A DNA stretch of 32,000 nt from Candidatus Thorarchaeota archaeon (GTDB lineage Archaea > Asgardarchaeota > Heimdallarchaeia > Hodarchaeales > Hodarchaeaceae): positions 197,204 to 229,203 of the forward strand of contig JBHLRO010000005.1 in assembly GCA_048882505.1 (NCBI GenBank), read 5' to 3'. Below the pieces are notes generated by a model, which was given only the letters and a program-made list of their open reading frames with translations, did no database searches and was not told where the DNA came from. The position numbers and the translations under genes were made by a program. Each line of letters opens with the position of its first letter. Within the stretch, counting starts at the first letter, position 1. Shown piece after piece: positions 8,779-17,148 of the stretch.

Positions 8779-9573
8779 CTACAATCGTTGAATGGTATTC
8801 CCCGAAATGAAAATTTTTCCTTTTTCGGCTTCTCCCTTTATAACGTCTTCAACAAGTCCAAAATCCAGTCCCTTATTCTGAGCGAGCTTTTTTAGTTTAT
8901 TAAGAGTTATTGGCGAACTTCCAATTGAATTTAAAAACTCTTGGGCACTTGTTTTACCGTCAAATACTGATTTCAGGGTGGATTCGATTTCTTTTATCTG
9001 ATCATCCGTGAGAATGGCTTTCTTCCTTGCTCCGTCCGCCATCTGCTTAAAATCCTCCACTGGATCTTCTGAGCTTGTTCGAAAGAAACAGTCCGTGTGA
9101 TAAAGGTTCTTTCCTAAAATCTGTCGGCCGTCAGGTAACTGCACCTCTCCTTCTCGTCGTACAACACGTATTATTCCCTTTTCTATCTTGGATCTACATT
9201 CATGGCATTTTCCTCTTCCACTTTTGGATATCTCAAAATAGGGTGGACGAGGTTTTAACTGTCCCTGATCCTGATAAGTTGAAATATCTTCAAGGTCTAC
9301 TAGGGCTTGCTTTTTATCTGCAGCACTTAACATTGACAAGGGGATTATTTGAGTTCTAAGTTCATCTAAGTATTTTCTCATTTGATCAGGTAAAAGACAC
9401 CTTGGATGATAATATTGATAAGTTTGTATTTCCTGGCCGTTTCCTCTAGAGAAAGTTGATGGAATTCCAATCCTTACTGCCCCTTTTTCTATTTTCTCTC
9501 TGCATCCTCTGCATCCCGCCCGACCAGATTTTGAATATTCAACTAATGGAGAGCGTCCCGTTTCATCAGGCAT
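8779..9573 (-). CDS. Protein with two PARP-type (zf-PARP) zinc fingers and a C-terminal winged-helix-like domain
   Basis: EYSKSGRAGCRGCREKIEKGAVRIG...YYHPRC and EISKSGRGKCHECRSKIEKGIIRV...LYHTDC, both C-x2-C...H-x2-C, each followed by an L-x-x-x-D helix. Start taken as the ATG at 9573 (ORF track extends to 9612). Confidence 0.88.
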   Translation of the reverse strand: MPDETGRSPLVEYSKSGRAGCRGCREKIEKGAVRIGIPSTFSRGNGQEIQTYQYYHPRCLLPDQMRKYLDELRTQIIPLSMLSAADKKQALVDLEDISTYQDQGQLKPRPPYFEISKSGRGKCHECRSKIEKGIIRVVRREGEVQLPDGRQILGKNLYHTDCFFRTSSEDPVEDFKQMADGARKKAILTDDQIKEIESTLKSVFDGKTSAQEFLNSIGSSPITLNKLKKLAQNKGLDFGLVEDVIKGEAEKGKIFISGNTIQRL

Positions 9574-9670
9574 ATCAATCCCCCTTCTCTTCTCAAATAT
9601 AAGGATTTTCAAGGAGCTAAAAAGAAAAATTTATTGAATCATGAGTTCGGGACTGAGCGATTTTTTTGTT

Positions 9671-10621
9671 TTAGGAAAGCAGAATTATTCGGGAGGTTTC
9701 GAGGTTGTTTTCTGTGTCTTCTGGCTTTTTAGGGAATAGTTGGATTGAGGAAATGAACTTTTCTAGGTTATTCGAGATAAATGTCAGCATTTCGGACTTC
9801 AGCGTATCAAAAGTATGCATCTCTGGAATTTTATATGTAAAGAAGACAAAAATCTTATCAAAACATTTAAAATGCCATATTACGCTAGAAGATAGCTGTT
9901 TGGATCCAATTAGGGTTTCAGATTTAAACTTCGAGCCTACATACTGTCTTTTTATATAATGAGATATAGCGGTTAAAAGCGGATCAGCTATATCAACTTC
10001 TGGCTTTTTTGAAGTTGAAAAAAGGAATTTACCTTCATCATTGTAAACCAAAATGAACGATACGACATCAGTAAGATCCCTCTTGATTCGATCCAAAACT
10101 CGCCAATAGATCGCTACATCTTCGCTTAAAGGTGCTACGACGGTTTTCTCAAAATTAACCTCCAAATTACCGAAGAGAAGCTCTCGTACGTCGTCTTTTA
10201 GGGGAGAAATCTGCTTTAAGAGCGAAATCGGTAGCTGTTGAAAATCTGGGGAAGTTGAGAGGCTGATTAGCGATATTCCCTGTTTTGTCTTCGCATAATC
10301 CAGGTACAAAGGTTCTTTATCCCTTTTATCACCCGCAACCTTAATGATTATGGGACTTACAATTTCCTTTAGCTGCATAATGGCTTCAATCAATCCCGAC
10401 ATCAGGAGGATGTTTTCATTGGATGATGAGATTTCTAAATCCAAATCCTCGATTCTACCATTCCACTCATTTATGTGAATACCTCGAGTAAATATTGGCA
10501 AGCCGCCCTCGTCGGAAAGAATGACCAAGATACTGTTTCCTCTTAAAGATGAGGAGGCACGAAGGATTTCCGCTTTTTCCTCGTGGAACCATTCTCCAAT
10601 GGAAATAATCCTGTCTTCCAA
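9671..10621 (-). CDS. Tandem longin/roadblock-like domain protein
   Basis: Two units with longin-like pattern: ILVILSDEGGLPIFTR...LLMSGLIEAIMQL and FILVYNDEGKFLFST...DPLLTAISHY. Confidence 0.6.
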   Translation of the reverse strand: MEDRIISIGEWFHEEKAEILRASSSLRGNSILVILSDEGGLPIFTRGIHINEWNGRIEDLDLEISSSNENILLMSGLIEAIMQLKEIVSPIIIKVAGDKRDKEPLYLDYAKTKQGISLISLSTSPDFQQLPISLLKQISPLKDDVRELLFGNLEVNFEKTVVAPLSEDVAIYWRVLDRIKRDLTDVVSFILVYNDEGKFLFSTSKKPEVDIADPLLTAISHYIKRQYVGSKFKSETLIGSKQLSSSVIWHFKCFDKIFVFFTYKIPEMHTFDTLKSEMLTFISNNLEKFISSIQLFPKKPEDTENNLETSRIILLS

Positions 10622-10780
10622 TTACCCTTCAACCTCCTTTCCATTTCGAGGCATTGTAAGGAGACTTAAGCTCTAATATTTTAAAAAATCTTCTAGAAAA
10701 AACGTTCTTGCTTCACTTAACACAGAAGTTCTCAGCGTCCGCAGCCTTGATCTTCCCAGAGCATTAGTTTTGCTCTTCTA

Positions 10781-11815
10781 TTACATAAATCCTCTTTCTA
10801 AGAGCTGATTCCATGTGATTTGGCCGAAGAGATATAAAAATTCTTGAAATGTGATCAGCGGACGGTTATATCTAATGATGTCATCCAAAGCTATACGGGG
10901 ACAAGCTGTGTTTACCCAGGCATCAATCCATGTGAAATTAGCCAGATACGAAGGCGTTATTGTTTTTCCCACTAGTTCAACAAACGTAAATTTTGTTTCA
11001 CTTAGTATCCTGGAGGCACGCTTATGGGGATTTGGTTGCCATTGTCCATGCTTAAGGCTGCTTACTATTCCCCAGGTTGTCGCCTTTCGTGCCTTCTCAA
11101 TTACCGCAAACCGCTTTTTGATCAGTGCATTCCTTTCTGAGATTGTGTACAATGATAGATCACCAGTGAAGGGATCAATCTGAAGGATCGGCCAAGAAGT
11201 TAAGAAAAGCAAGGCTCTTGTATGGAAATTTCCTGGGTGAAGACTAACGATACCGTCAATATCGTTGGCTCCGAATTCGGTCTTTGATTTGCCAATGTAA
11301 CAACCCAAAATTTGCCCACCTTGCTGAGAAATGGTAGATTCGATTTGATGTGCTTCGAACTGATGTTTTATGTTGTGTAAATACATCATATGCTGAGCGG
11401 TGGCAGTTAATCCCACTTTTTTCCAATTTAGCTCTCTAATCTTGTTAATTATTTTTGGGAAGTCAATTCGATAATTCTCAATGCGAGCAGGAACCAATAC
11501 CACATCTATCATATTTTCAGCACTGTGTACCCGCTGTTCAAAACCAAAGGAAGTGTGACCATAATGGATTAAGGCATCTACCTCCAGTTCAATCGCTGTA
11601 TCAACCGCAAGATCACAAACTCCATAAGATGGCTCACCTTCCACAAATACGGTAATATTCAGTGCCTTTAATGCCGAGAGAACTTCTTGGAGAGGATGAT
11701 TCAACATCCCCTCTGGCATCTGGACAAGGACTCTATTCCATCCCTTATTTTGAATAGTCTTCGTTAATGAAGGAATGTCGAGGTCATAATCGATTTTCAC
11801 GCTGTTTTCATCCAC
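10781..11815 (-). CDS. dph2: Diphthamide biosynthesis enzyme Dph2 (2-(3-amino-3-carboxypropyl)histidine synthase)
   Basis: YDLD...RVLVQMPEG, PSYGVCD, HYGH, GQILGC, WVNTACPRIA-x-DD: all three [4Fe-4S] Cys present. Homology begins near GTG 11815; the track's 69-aa N-extension looks non-coding. Confidence 0.92.
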   Translation of the reverse strand: MDENSVKIDYDLDIPSLTKTIQNKGWNRVLVQMPEGMLNHPLQEVLSALKALNITVFVEGEPSYGVCDLAVDTAIELEVDALIHYGHTSFGFEQRVHSAENMIDVVLVPARIENYRIDFPKIINKIRELNWKKVGLTATAQHMMYLHNIKHQFEAHQIESTISQQGGQILGCYIGKSKTEFGANDIDGIVSLHPGNFHTRALLFLTSWPILQIDPFTGDLSLYTISERNALIKKRFAVIEKARKATTWGIVSSLKHGQWQPNPHKRASRILSETKFTFVELVGKTITPSYLANFTWIDAWVNTACPRIALDDIIRYNRPLITFQEFLYLFGQITWNQLLERGFM

Positions 11816-11849
11816 TATTCCGTCTAAATACAACCGAGGGGGAAAAAAA

Positions 11850-11855
11850 TTATAA
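11850..11855. promoter_or_regulatory. Probable shared bidirectional TATA box (TTATAA)
   Basis: Self-complementary TTATAA preceded by a purine-rich BRE-like GGAAAAAAA; 26 bp from GTG 11881 (+) and 35 bp from GTG 11815 (-). Confidence 0.4.
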
Positions 11856-11880
11856 GAGTGATTTAGTGAAACCGGAAATC

Positions 11881-12807
11881 GTGTTGGATACCTTACTTGA
11901 ATCAGCTGGAATTGTCTCAGAAGGTCAACGGATAAAACTGCTTTGTGCCCCAGACTACATTTTTTTTCGAACACATAGTCATATGCTCTATCGAGAGTTT
12001 CGTGGTATCCCCAAGTACTCAATTATTACCCGAAAAATTACGGAAAAAAGCTACAATTGGAAAACAACACCGAAAGAATGCTCTTTAAAGTCTCTCTATA
12101 TCATTGACGGTTCCACAGGTCTTAAGACAGCCCCTTTTTTCTTTCAATTGGCAAGCCATTTAAGAATTTCTATTGTTGGATCAAACATCAACTTTTTTGT
12201 CCTTCCCCGGCTAAGATTCGAAAGTGCTTCAAATCCTAAACTGGTCTTCAAACCTTATCATCCATATTATCTCATTAGCAGTCATCTTCATAGGCATAAG
12301 CCGGTAGATGATAGGGGATTGGAAACAAAGGCAGTCATACTTCCACCCTCCTCTCAGCTGTTCCTAGAAGAAGAGAACTCGGTTCCGCCCAAAAACGCGA
12401 TAGCTATCGGGGCTACTGGTGACGTGAGCGACTTCTTTCCAACCTCATTTGATATTTTGAGAGTAAATTTAGGTGATCTGATCGAATACGATCAACACCT
12501 CGATTTAGGTGCGAATCTAAGGGAACAGATATTAAATAAGCTCGAGCTCCTAATCTCGGCCTTTAATATTCCCTGCGTGCTTGTTTCAGTTTATAAAATT
12601 GCAAAGTTCCTGAACTCCCTGGGCGGTAAAAGCTCAGTTGCTTCGCAGATGGCTAGGGTTCAAGAAATATGCAATTCATGGAGATTTTCAGAAGTTCTTC
12701 TCGTAAATAATGAGAAACGAAGGATTTGGGATTTGATTTCTCTACATACGCTCCCTGAGGTATATGACAAGTACGCTTACCTAGTTTTCTTCAATCCCTC
12801 GAAATGA
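11881..12807 (+). CDS. Hypothetical protein (about 308 aa), divergent from dph2
   Basis: Only long ORF in the interval; no family recognised; start placed at GTG 11881 from TATA spacing (track start 11767 overlaps dph2). Confidence 0.55.
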   Translation: MLDTLLESAGIVSEGQRIKLLCAPDYIFFRTHSHMLYREFRGIPKYSIITRKITEKSYNWKTTPKECSLKSLYIIDGSTGLKTAPFFFQLASHLRISIVGSNINFFVLPRLRFESASNPKLVFKPYHPYYLISSHLHRHKPVDDRGLETKAVILPPSSQLFLEEENSVPPKNAIAIGATGDVSDFFPTSFDILRVNLGDLIEYDQHLDLGANLREQILNKLELLISAFNIPCVLVSVYKIAKFLNSLGGKSSVASQMARVQEICNSWRFSEVLLVNNEKRRIWDLISLHTLPEVYDKYAYLVFFNPSK

Positions 12808-12920
12808 GAGATCCATTTTCAGAACCTAGGTTTTAGAATCGATTTTTGAAAACTCTGAAAACCGCATAATCTGCACGACTAAACCCCATGCTCGTCTCCG
12901 ACAATAATACCTAAGCACAG

Positions 12921-12938
12921 TACCTTTTTAAAAAGGTA
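12921..12938. promoter_or_regulatory. Perfect 18-bp palindrome TACCTTTTTAAAAAGGTA
   Basis: Perfectly self-complementary; intergenic, about 30 bp upstream of a TATA-like AGTATAAA (12967-12974). Confidence 0.4.
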
Positions 12939-13097
12939 TGAAAAAGTAAAGAGAGAATAAACAACAAGTATAAATGAAGCGACAGATGTAGCGAAAGCAG
13001 GAGGTGACGTAGGATACGTTTTCGACAGCAATGTCCTACGTTAGGCTTGAATTAAATCGATTCGACGGATTTACCATCGAAGGAAGGTTGTTTATAA

Positions 13098-13634
13098 ATG
13101 AGCGATGAACCCCTGGAAATAGATGAGATTATTCCTACAATTGAGAGAGTTAAATCTACTCTCATGCTACAAAACGAGAAACTTCTAAATATGAGAAAGG
13201 AACTAGAAGCGAAAGAAACAGAAATTGAGATTAAAGAAAAGGAAATCGCAGCACGGGAAAAGGCGCTTGAGGAAGCTCATTTACGTCGCCAACAGCTCGA
13301 ATTTGACTATATGAATCTAGAGAACGAGCTCAAAAAGATCTCCGAACTGTATCAAGAAATGACTGGTAGAGAGGAGGCATCATTAGATGTCAAACAGTTA
13401 CTCGGGATCTACATTGCCCTCTTAGAAAAGGTTTTCGCGGGTCAGCCCCATGCGAAGATCCTCTACCTACTTCACGGCGATAAATCAGAAATGACGCGTG
13501 AAGAGCTTACCAAGGCGAGTGGAGTTTCCGCAGCTATAGTACTTCACTCGATCCATGAACTTCATCGGGCGGAGCTTGTAACGTGGGATGAAGAAGCTGG
13601 GCTTGTGCAGTTAACAAATCGTATTTTTGAATAG
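13098..13634 (+). CDS. Coiled-coil plus C-terminal winged helix-turn-helix protein
   Basis: Residues ~15-90 are E/K-rich heptads; C-terminus HAKILYLL...MTREELTKASGVSAAIVLHSIHELHRAELVTW fits a wHTH. Confidence 0.78.
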   Translation: MSDEPLEIDEIIPTIERVKSTLMLQNEKLLNMRKELEAKETEIEIKEKEIAAREKALEEAHLRRQQLEFDYMNLENELKKISELYQEMTGREEASLDVKQLLGIYIALLEKVFAGQPHAKILYLLHGDKSEMTREELTKASGVSAAIVLHSIHELHRAELVTWDEEAGLVQLTNRIFE

Positions 13635-13745
13635 CTCTTCTGGTCGGAGACCTATTCGGTTATAGAGACTCCCGGTGCTATGTCGATATTATCCCATGAT
13701 TTATCTTGTTCAAACTTCAATATACCTGATATGCTGGCTGGTAAC

Positions 13746-14921
13746 ATGCAGATTAACTTTATAGAGGAGTTTTTGCTTTTCCTGGAGGTAGAGAAGAACT
13801 ATTCGGCAAAAACAATTAAGGAATATTCGTATGATCTGGAATTATTCAAACAATCCTTATCGTCTGAAGGGTTGGACAAGAAGATCGAGAAGGCAACTAC
13901 GACAGATGTTCGCCGTTTCCTCCTTTTTCTAAAACGGGATAAAGATTACGCTCCACGAAGTCTGCATAGGAAAATATGCGCTCTAAAATCGTTTTATAAG
14001 TACCTAAGAAAAGCAGGTTATATTACTACTAATCCAGTAGAACAGATAGAATCTCCAAAAATACCCAAATCCTTGCCAAAGACGGTTACAGTTGATGAAG
14101 TCTTTCGACTCCTATCGTCTCCAGGAGGAGAACGTGATGCCTCAATCCTGTATTTACTTAGAAACGAAATTAATCTACCCCAAAGTAACATGGGTGCCAA
14201 TTTTCAGTTCAATCTTGCGACGGACACAATCCTTATTGAAAATAACAACGGGTATGCCAACAGTTTAATTCCCATTCCTGAGCTGATACTCTCAGTTTTA
14301 CAAACTAGGCAAAAGACTGAACCAATGGAAAAAAACAATACAATATCGCTTTTCGAGATGTTAACCAAGCTCTCCAGCCCTATAAATCTCAGAGACAAGA
14401 CTATCTTGTACCTGCTTTACGGTACAGGATTACGGGTGTCAGAACTTAGTAATTTGAACACGGAACATATTGATATCCCTAATAGAGTCATCCGTGTTGA
14501 AGGCGGGAAAGGCAACAAAGATCGGATTATTCCGTTACCAGACCTGCTTGTGCCTATTCTTACAGAATACATATCTTCTTACTTCAGTAAATTCAATCGT
14601 AAGGATTCAGCATTGATATTAAACCAGAGGGGAACTCGCTTAACTCCACGCTCCATTCAACGCATTGTCAAAAAGCATAGGAAGCTAGCTGGATTAAACG
14701 ACAAGAGACTTACTCCTCATACCTTACGGCACGCATTTGCAACTCATCTTCTCTCCAACTCGGTTGACATTCGAGTAATACAAGAATTATTGGGTCATGC
14801 CTCACTGTCCACAACACAACTATACACTCATGTATCTCTATCTCATCTAAGAAAATCCTACGATTCCGGACATCCCTTATCAACTGTTAATAGAGACAAA
14901 AAGTTCGCATTCGATGGTTAG
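13746..14921 (+). CDS. xerA: XerA/XerC-D family tyrosine recombinase with an 86-aa internal degenerate duplication
   Basis: SAM-like N-domain (EKNYSAKTIKEY...RKICALKSFYKYL); catalytic set intact: GLRVSEL (R), GKGNKDR (K), HTLRH, LLGH, TQLYTH. Start probably ATG 13746 (track 13680). Confidence 0.92.
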   Translation: MQINFIEEFLLFLEVEKNYSAKTIKEYSYDLELFKQSLSSEGLDKKIEKATTTDVRRFLLFLKRDKDYAPRSLHRKICALKSFYKYLRKAGYITTNPVEQIESPKIPKSLPKTVTVDEVFRLLSSPGGERDASILYLLRNEINLPQSNMGANFQFNLATDTILIENNNGYANSLIPIPELILSVLQTRQKTEPMEKNNTISLFEMLTKLSSPINLRDKTILYLLYGTGLRVSELSNLNTEHIDIPNRVIRVEGGKGNKDRIIPLPDLLVPILTEYISSYFSKFNRKDSALILNQRGTRLTPRSIQRIVKKHRKLAGLNDKRLTPHTLRHAFATHLLSNSVDIRVIQELLGHASLSTTQLYTHVSLSHLRKSYDSGHPLSTVNRDKKFAFDG

Positions 14922-15036
14922 TGACTTTTCAATCAATTCTACCTACAAAGTCGGGAGGTATCAACAAATCTATATAATTTTCATGAGGGCAGCTGAGGAC
15001 CGATTAACAATAGATCCCAATTATGGGTCCAAATTT

Positions 15037-15462
15037 TCAGCCAAATTGAAGTGAATCTTCAGGATTTAACCGAAACCAGCTGGAAATCCTTTTTCGGGTT
15101 TTCGCAATAAACAGGTAAAAAGGATATCCAAGGAAACCAAAAAACCCGTTCGCGAATGCCCGACCTACTACCCCCCAAAAGCCAGGTAAGACCGCCATAG
15201 CCTCAAAAAAGGCGCGCGCGTGAGTGAATCTTACCCCTTTATTTGAAATGAAATATAGAGTGTCGTAATCTCGGTTTGTAGAAGATCCACTAATTGGAAG
15301 CTTTGTTTCCTGTAATTTCTTGAATCTTATTAAAGAGAATTTGTCCTTCTTATTCAGTATACCCTTGGCTAGATTACAGAATCCACAATTTCCGTCCCAT
15401 AGGAGCAAGCTTCTTTGGTCAGAGTTGGTCGGATCTATTTCATTGTTTAAGTTAGAATGCAT
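15037..15462 (-). CDS. DCC1-like thiol-disulfide oxidoreductase (DUF393 family)
   Basis: LLWDGNCGFCN (D-x-x-C-x-x-C), followed by the typical A-x-F...L segment and Y-x-FIA-x-x-R. Confidence 0.85.
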   Translation of the reverse strand: MHSNLNNEIDPTNSDQRSLLLWDGNCGFCNLAKGILNKKDKFSLIRFKKLQETKLPISGSSTNRDYDTLYFISNKGVRFTHARAFFEAMAVLPGFWGVVGRAFANGFFGFLGYPFYLFIAKTRKRISSWFRLNPEDSLQFG

Positions 15463-15752
15463 AACCTTACCTTAATTCGATTTAAACATATCTTCGATTG
15501 ACAACAAATCAGATTTGGCTTTAAATGAGACGATTCCATTTTCGAAATTGCTCAATGAATCGAGAATAGATTTTTCGATAAATAGTTTGACTCCAGATCG
15601 GTTCTAAGTTTGCCCCTAGGTTTCTATATCAATATTCGTTTGGAAATGAATGTAGTTGATTACGATGATATTTTGAATATCTTCTAATACATAAAATCCG
15701 CATTTCCAAGAGTATGAACAAATCACTCGCGGAAAGCATGGCACGCTAGGAA

Positions 15753-17141
15753 ATGGAAAGCACTATGCAGGAAACGGTAGAGGTCGATACTGATTACTTG
15801 ATAATCGGCGCAGGGCCGGGAGGTACGGCACTAGCTGAAAGGCTATCCCTCCTGGGAGCCGATGATGTAACAATTGTTGAAAAAGGACTAATAGGTGGCA
15901 TTTGTGTAAACCAAGGATGTATCCCAATTCACTTTGCCCTAAAAACCCTTCTTTTGAAACATCAGATATCAGAGGGAATTCTCCGGAATAAACTGTTTAA
16001 TCAAGTTCCTGAGATTGTGATACCTCAACTAAGGTCTACTATGGAAGGAATACAGCGAAAAATCCGATTTGGGATTAAAAAGAATCTGGAGGATCGTGGT
16101 ATAAAATTCATAGAGGGAACAGCCAATGTCTTGACGAGAAACAAAGTAGAAATTACCAAAAACAAAAGAGTAATTTCCAAATTGTTCGTAAGGGACATTA
16201 TTGTCGCAGCAGGAGCTGGATATACCCCTATATCCGTACCTGGCGTAGAAGAGGTAGAAAAATCCATTGTTCCTGCAGAGCAAGTGATGACAATGAATTT
16301 TGATGAAGTTCCAAGTGAGGTAGTTGTATACGGAGTTGATAGTCCGTGTATCGAAATAGCGGTCTTTTTTCATTTGCTTGGTTCCGAAGTGACCATAACA
16401 AGTCCAAAAAATAATATCGTCTCCTATGGAAGCAAACAACTTAGACAGAGTGTTGAAGATTTGATGGAGGTTGAGGGAATTATGATTTATAAAAATACCA
16501 AGATAAAGCGATTTTCTATGCATAACACTGGGCTTAAGGTCGATATTCTATATCAGGATGATAAAAGAAGGCAATTGTCATCTGGTATGTTCATCAATGC
16601 CTTTCAAAAGCGACCTAATCTTGAATGGAGAGAGGAAAGTAATTTCAGAAATCCACCCGATAATATTTACCTTATAGGAGACCAAAAGAGAAATAATGGG
16701 CTCCCTTTCCGTTCGTTCCTCTCCGCATACGAAGGTAGAATTCTCGCAGACCATATCATGGAAAGAGACAACAAAATTCATCTGGATCCCGACCTTGTTT
16801 TATGTGGATTAACGGCCTTAGATATCCAGGCCGCAAAGATTGGATTAACCCAAGAGGAAGCCGCAGCTAGAGGGATTAAGGTTAAAATTCTAGAAATACC
16901 TAATGGACAGAATGCTTATGCTCAAATTTCAGGACAAATCGATGGATATACGATGCTAATTGTGGAAGATTCTACGGAAAGAATCATTGGCGGAGAAATT
17001 GTTGGGATCGATGCACTAAATCTGATTACTGTTATCGGAACAGCTATTGCCTGTAATGGAACCTTGAAGGAGCTAAGAAAGTTTCCCGCCTTCCATCCAA
17101 GTTTGGCCGAGGGGATATTTGATTGTGCTTGGATAAAATAG
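15753..17141 (+). CDS. Class I pyridine nucleotide-disulfide oxidoreductase (dihydrolipoamide dehydrogenase-like), divergent NAD(P)-binding site
   Basis: FAD motif IIGAGPGG, redox disulfide GGICVNQGCIP, IYLIGD, C-terminal HPSLAE; second Rossmann motif degenerate (YGVDSPCIE). Confidence 0.85.
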   Translation: MESTMQETVEVDTDYLIIGAGPGGTALAERLSLLGADDVTIVEKGLIGGICVNQGCIPIHFALKTLLLKHQISEGILRNKLFNQVPEIVIPQLRSTMEGIQRKIRFGIKKNLEDRGIKFIEGTANVLTRNKVEITKNKRVISKLFVRDIIVAAGAGYTPISVPGVEEVEKSIVPAEQVMTMNFDEVPSEVVVYGVDSPCIEIAVFFHLLGSEVTITSPKNNIVSYGSKQLRQSVEDLMEVEGIMIYKNTKIKRFSMHNTGLKVDILYQDDKRRQLSSGMFINAFQKRPNLEWREESNFRNPPDNIYLIGDQKRNNGLPFRSFLSAYEGRILADHIMERDNKIHLDPDLVLCGLTALDIQAAKIGLTQEEAAARGIKVKILEIPNGQNAYAQISGQIDGYTMLIVEDSTERIIGGEIVGIDALNLITVIGTAIACNGTLKELRKFPAFHPSLAEGIFDCAWIK

Positions 17142-17148
17142 AAATGTA

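Noticed and set aside
11816-12022. 69-aa N-terminal extension of Dph2 in the ORF track
   Set aside because: No similarity to Dph2, overlaps the opposite-strand ORF and spans the likely TATA box; treated as non-coding.
13006-13042. SECIS element or tRNA-like structure
   Set aside because: It lies 5' of a gene, no in-frame TGA candidate was found in neighbouring proteins, and there is no cloverleaf or T-loop motif.
13098-14921. Integrated mobile element or provirus marked by the tyrosine recombinase
   Set aside because: The protein is XerA/C/D-like, the flanks are housekeeping-type genes, and no att repeats, adjacent tRNA, or phage/plasmid genes were seen.
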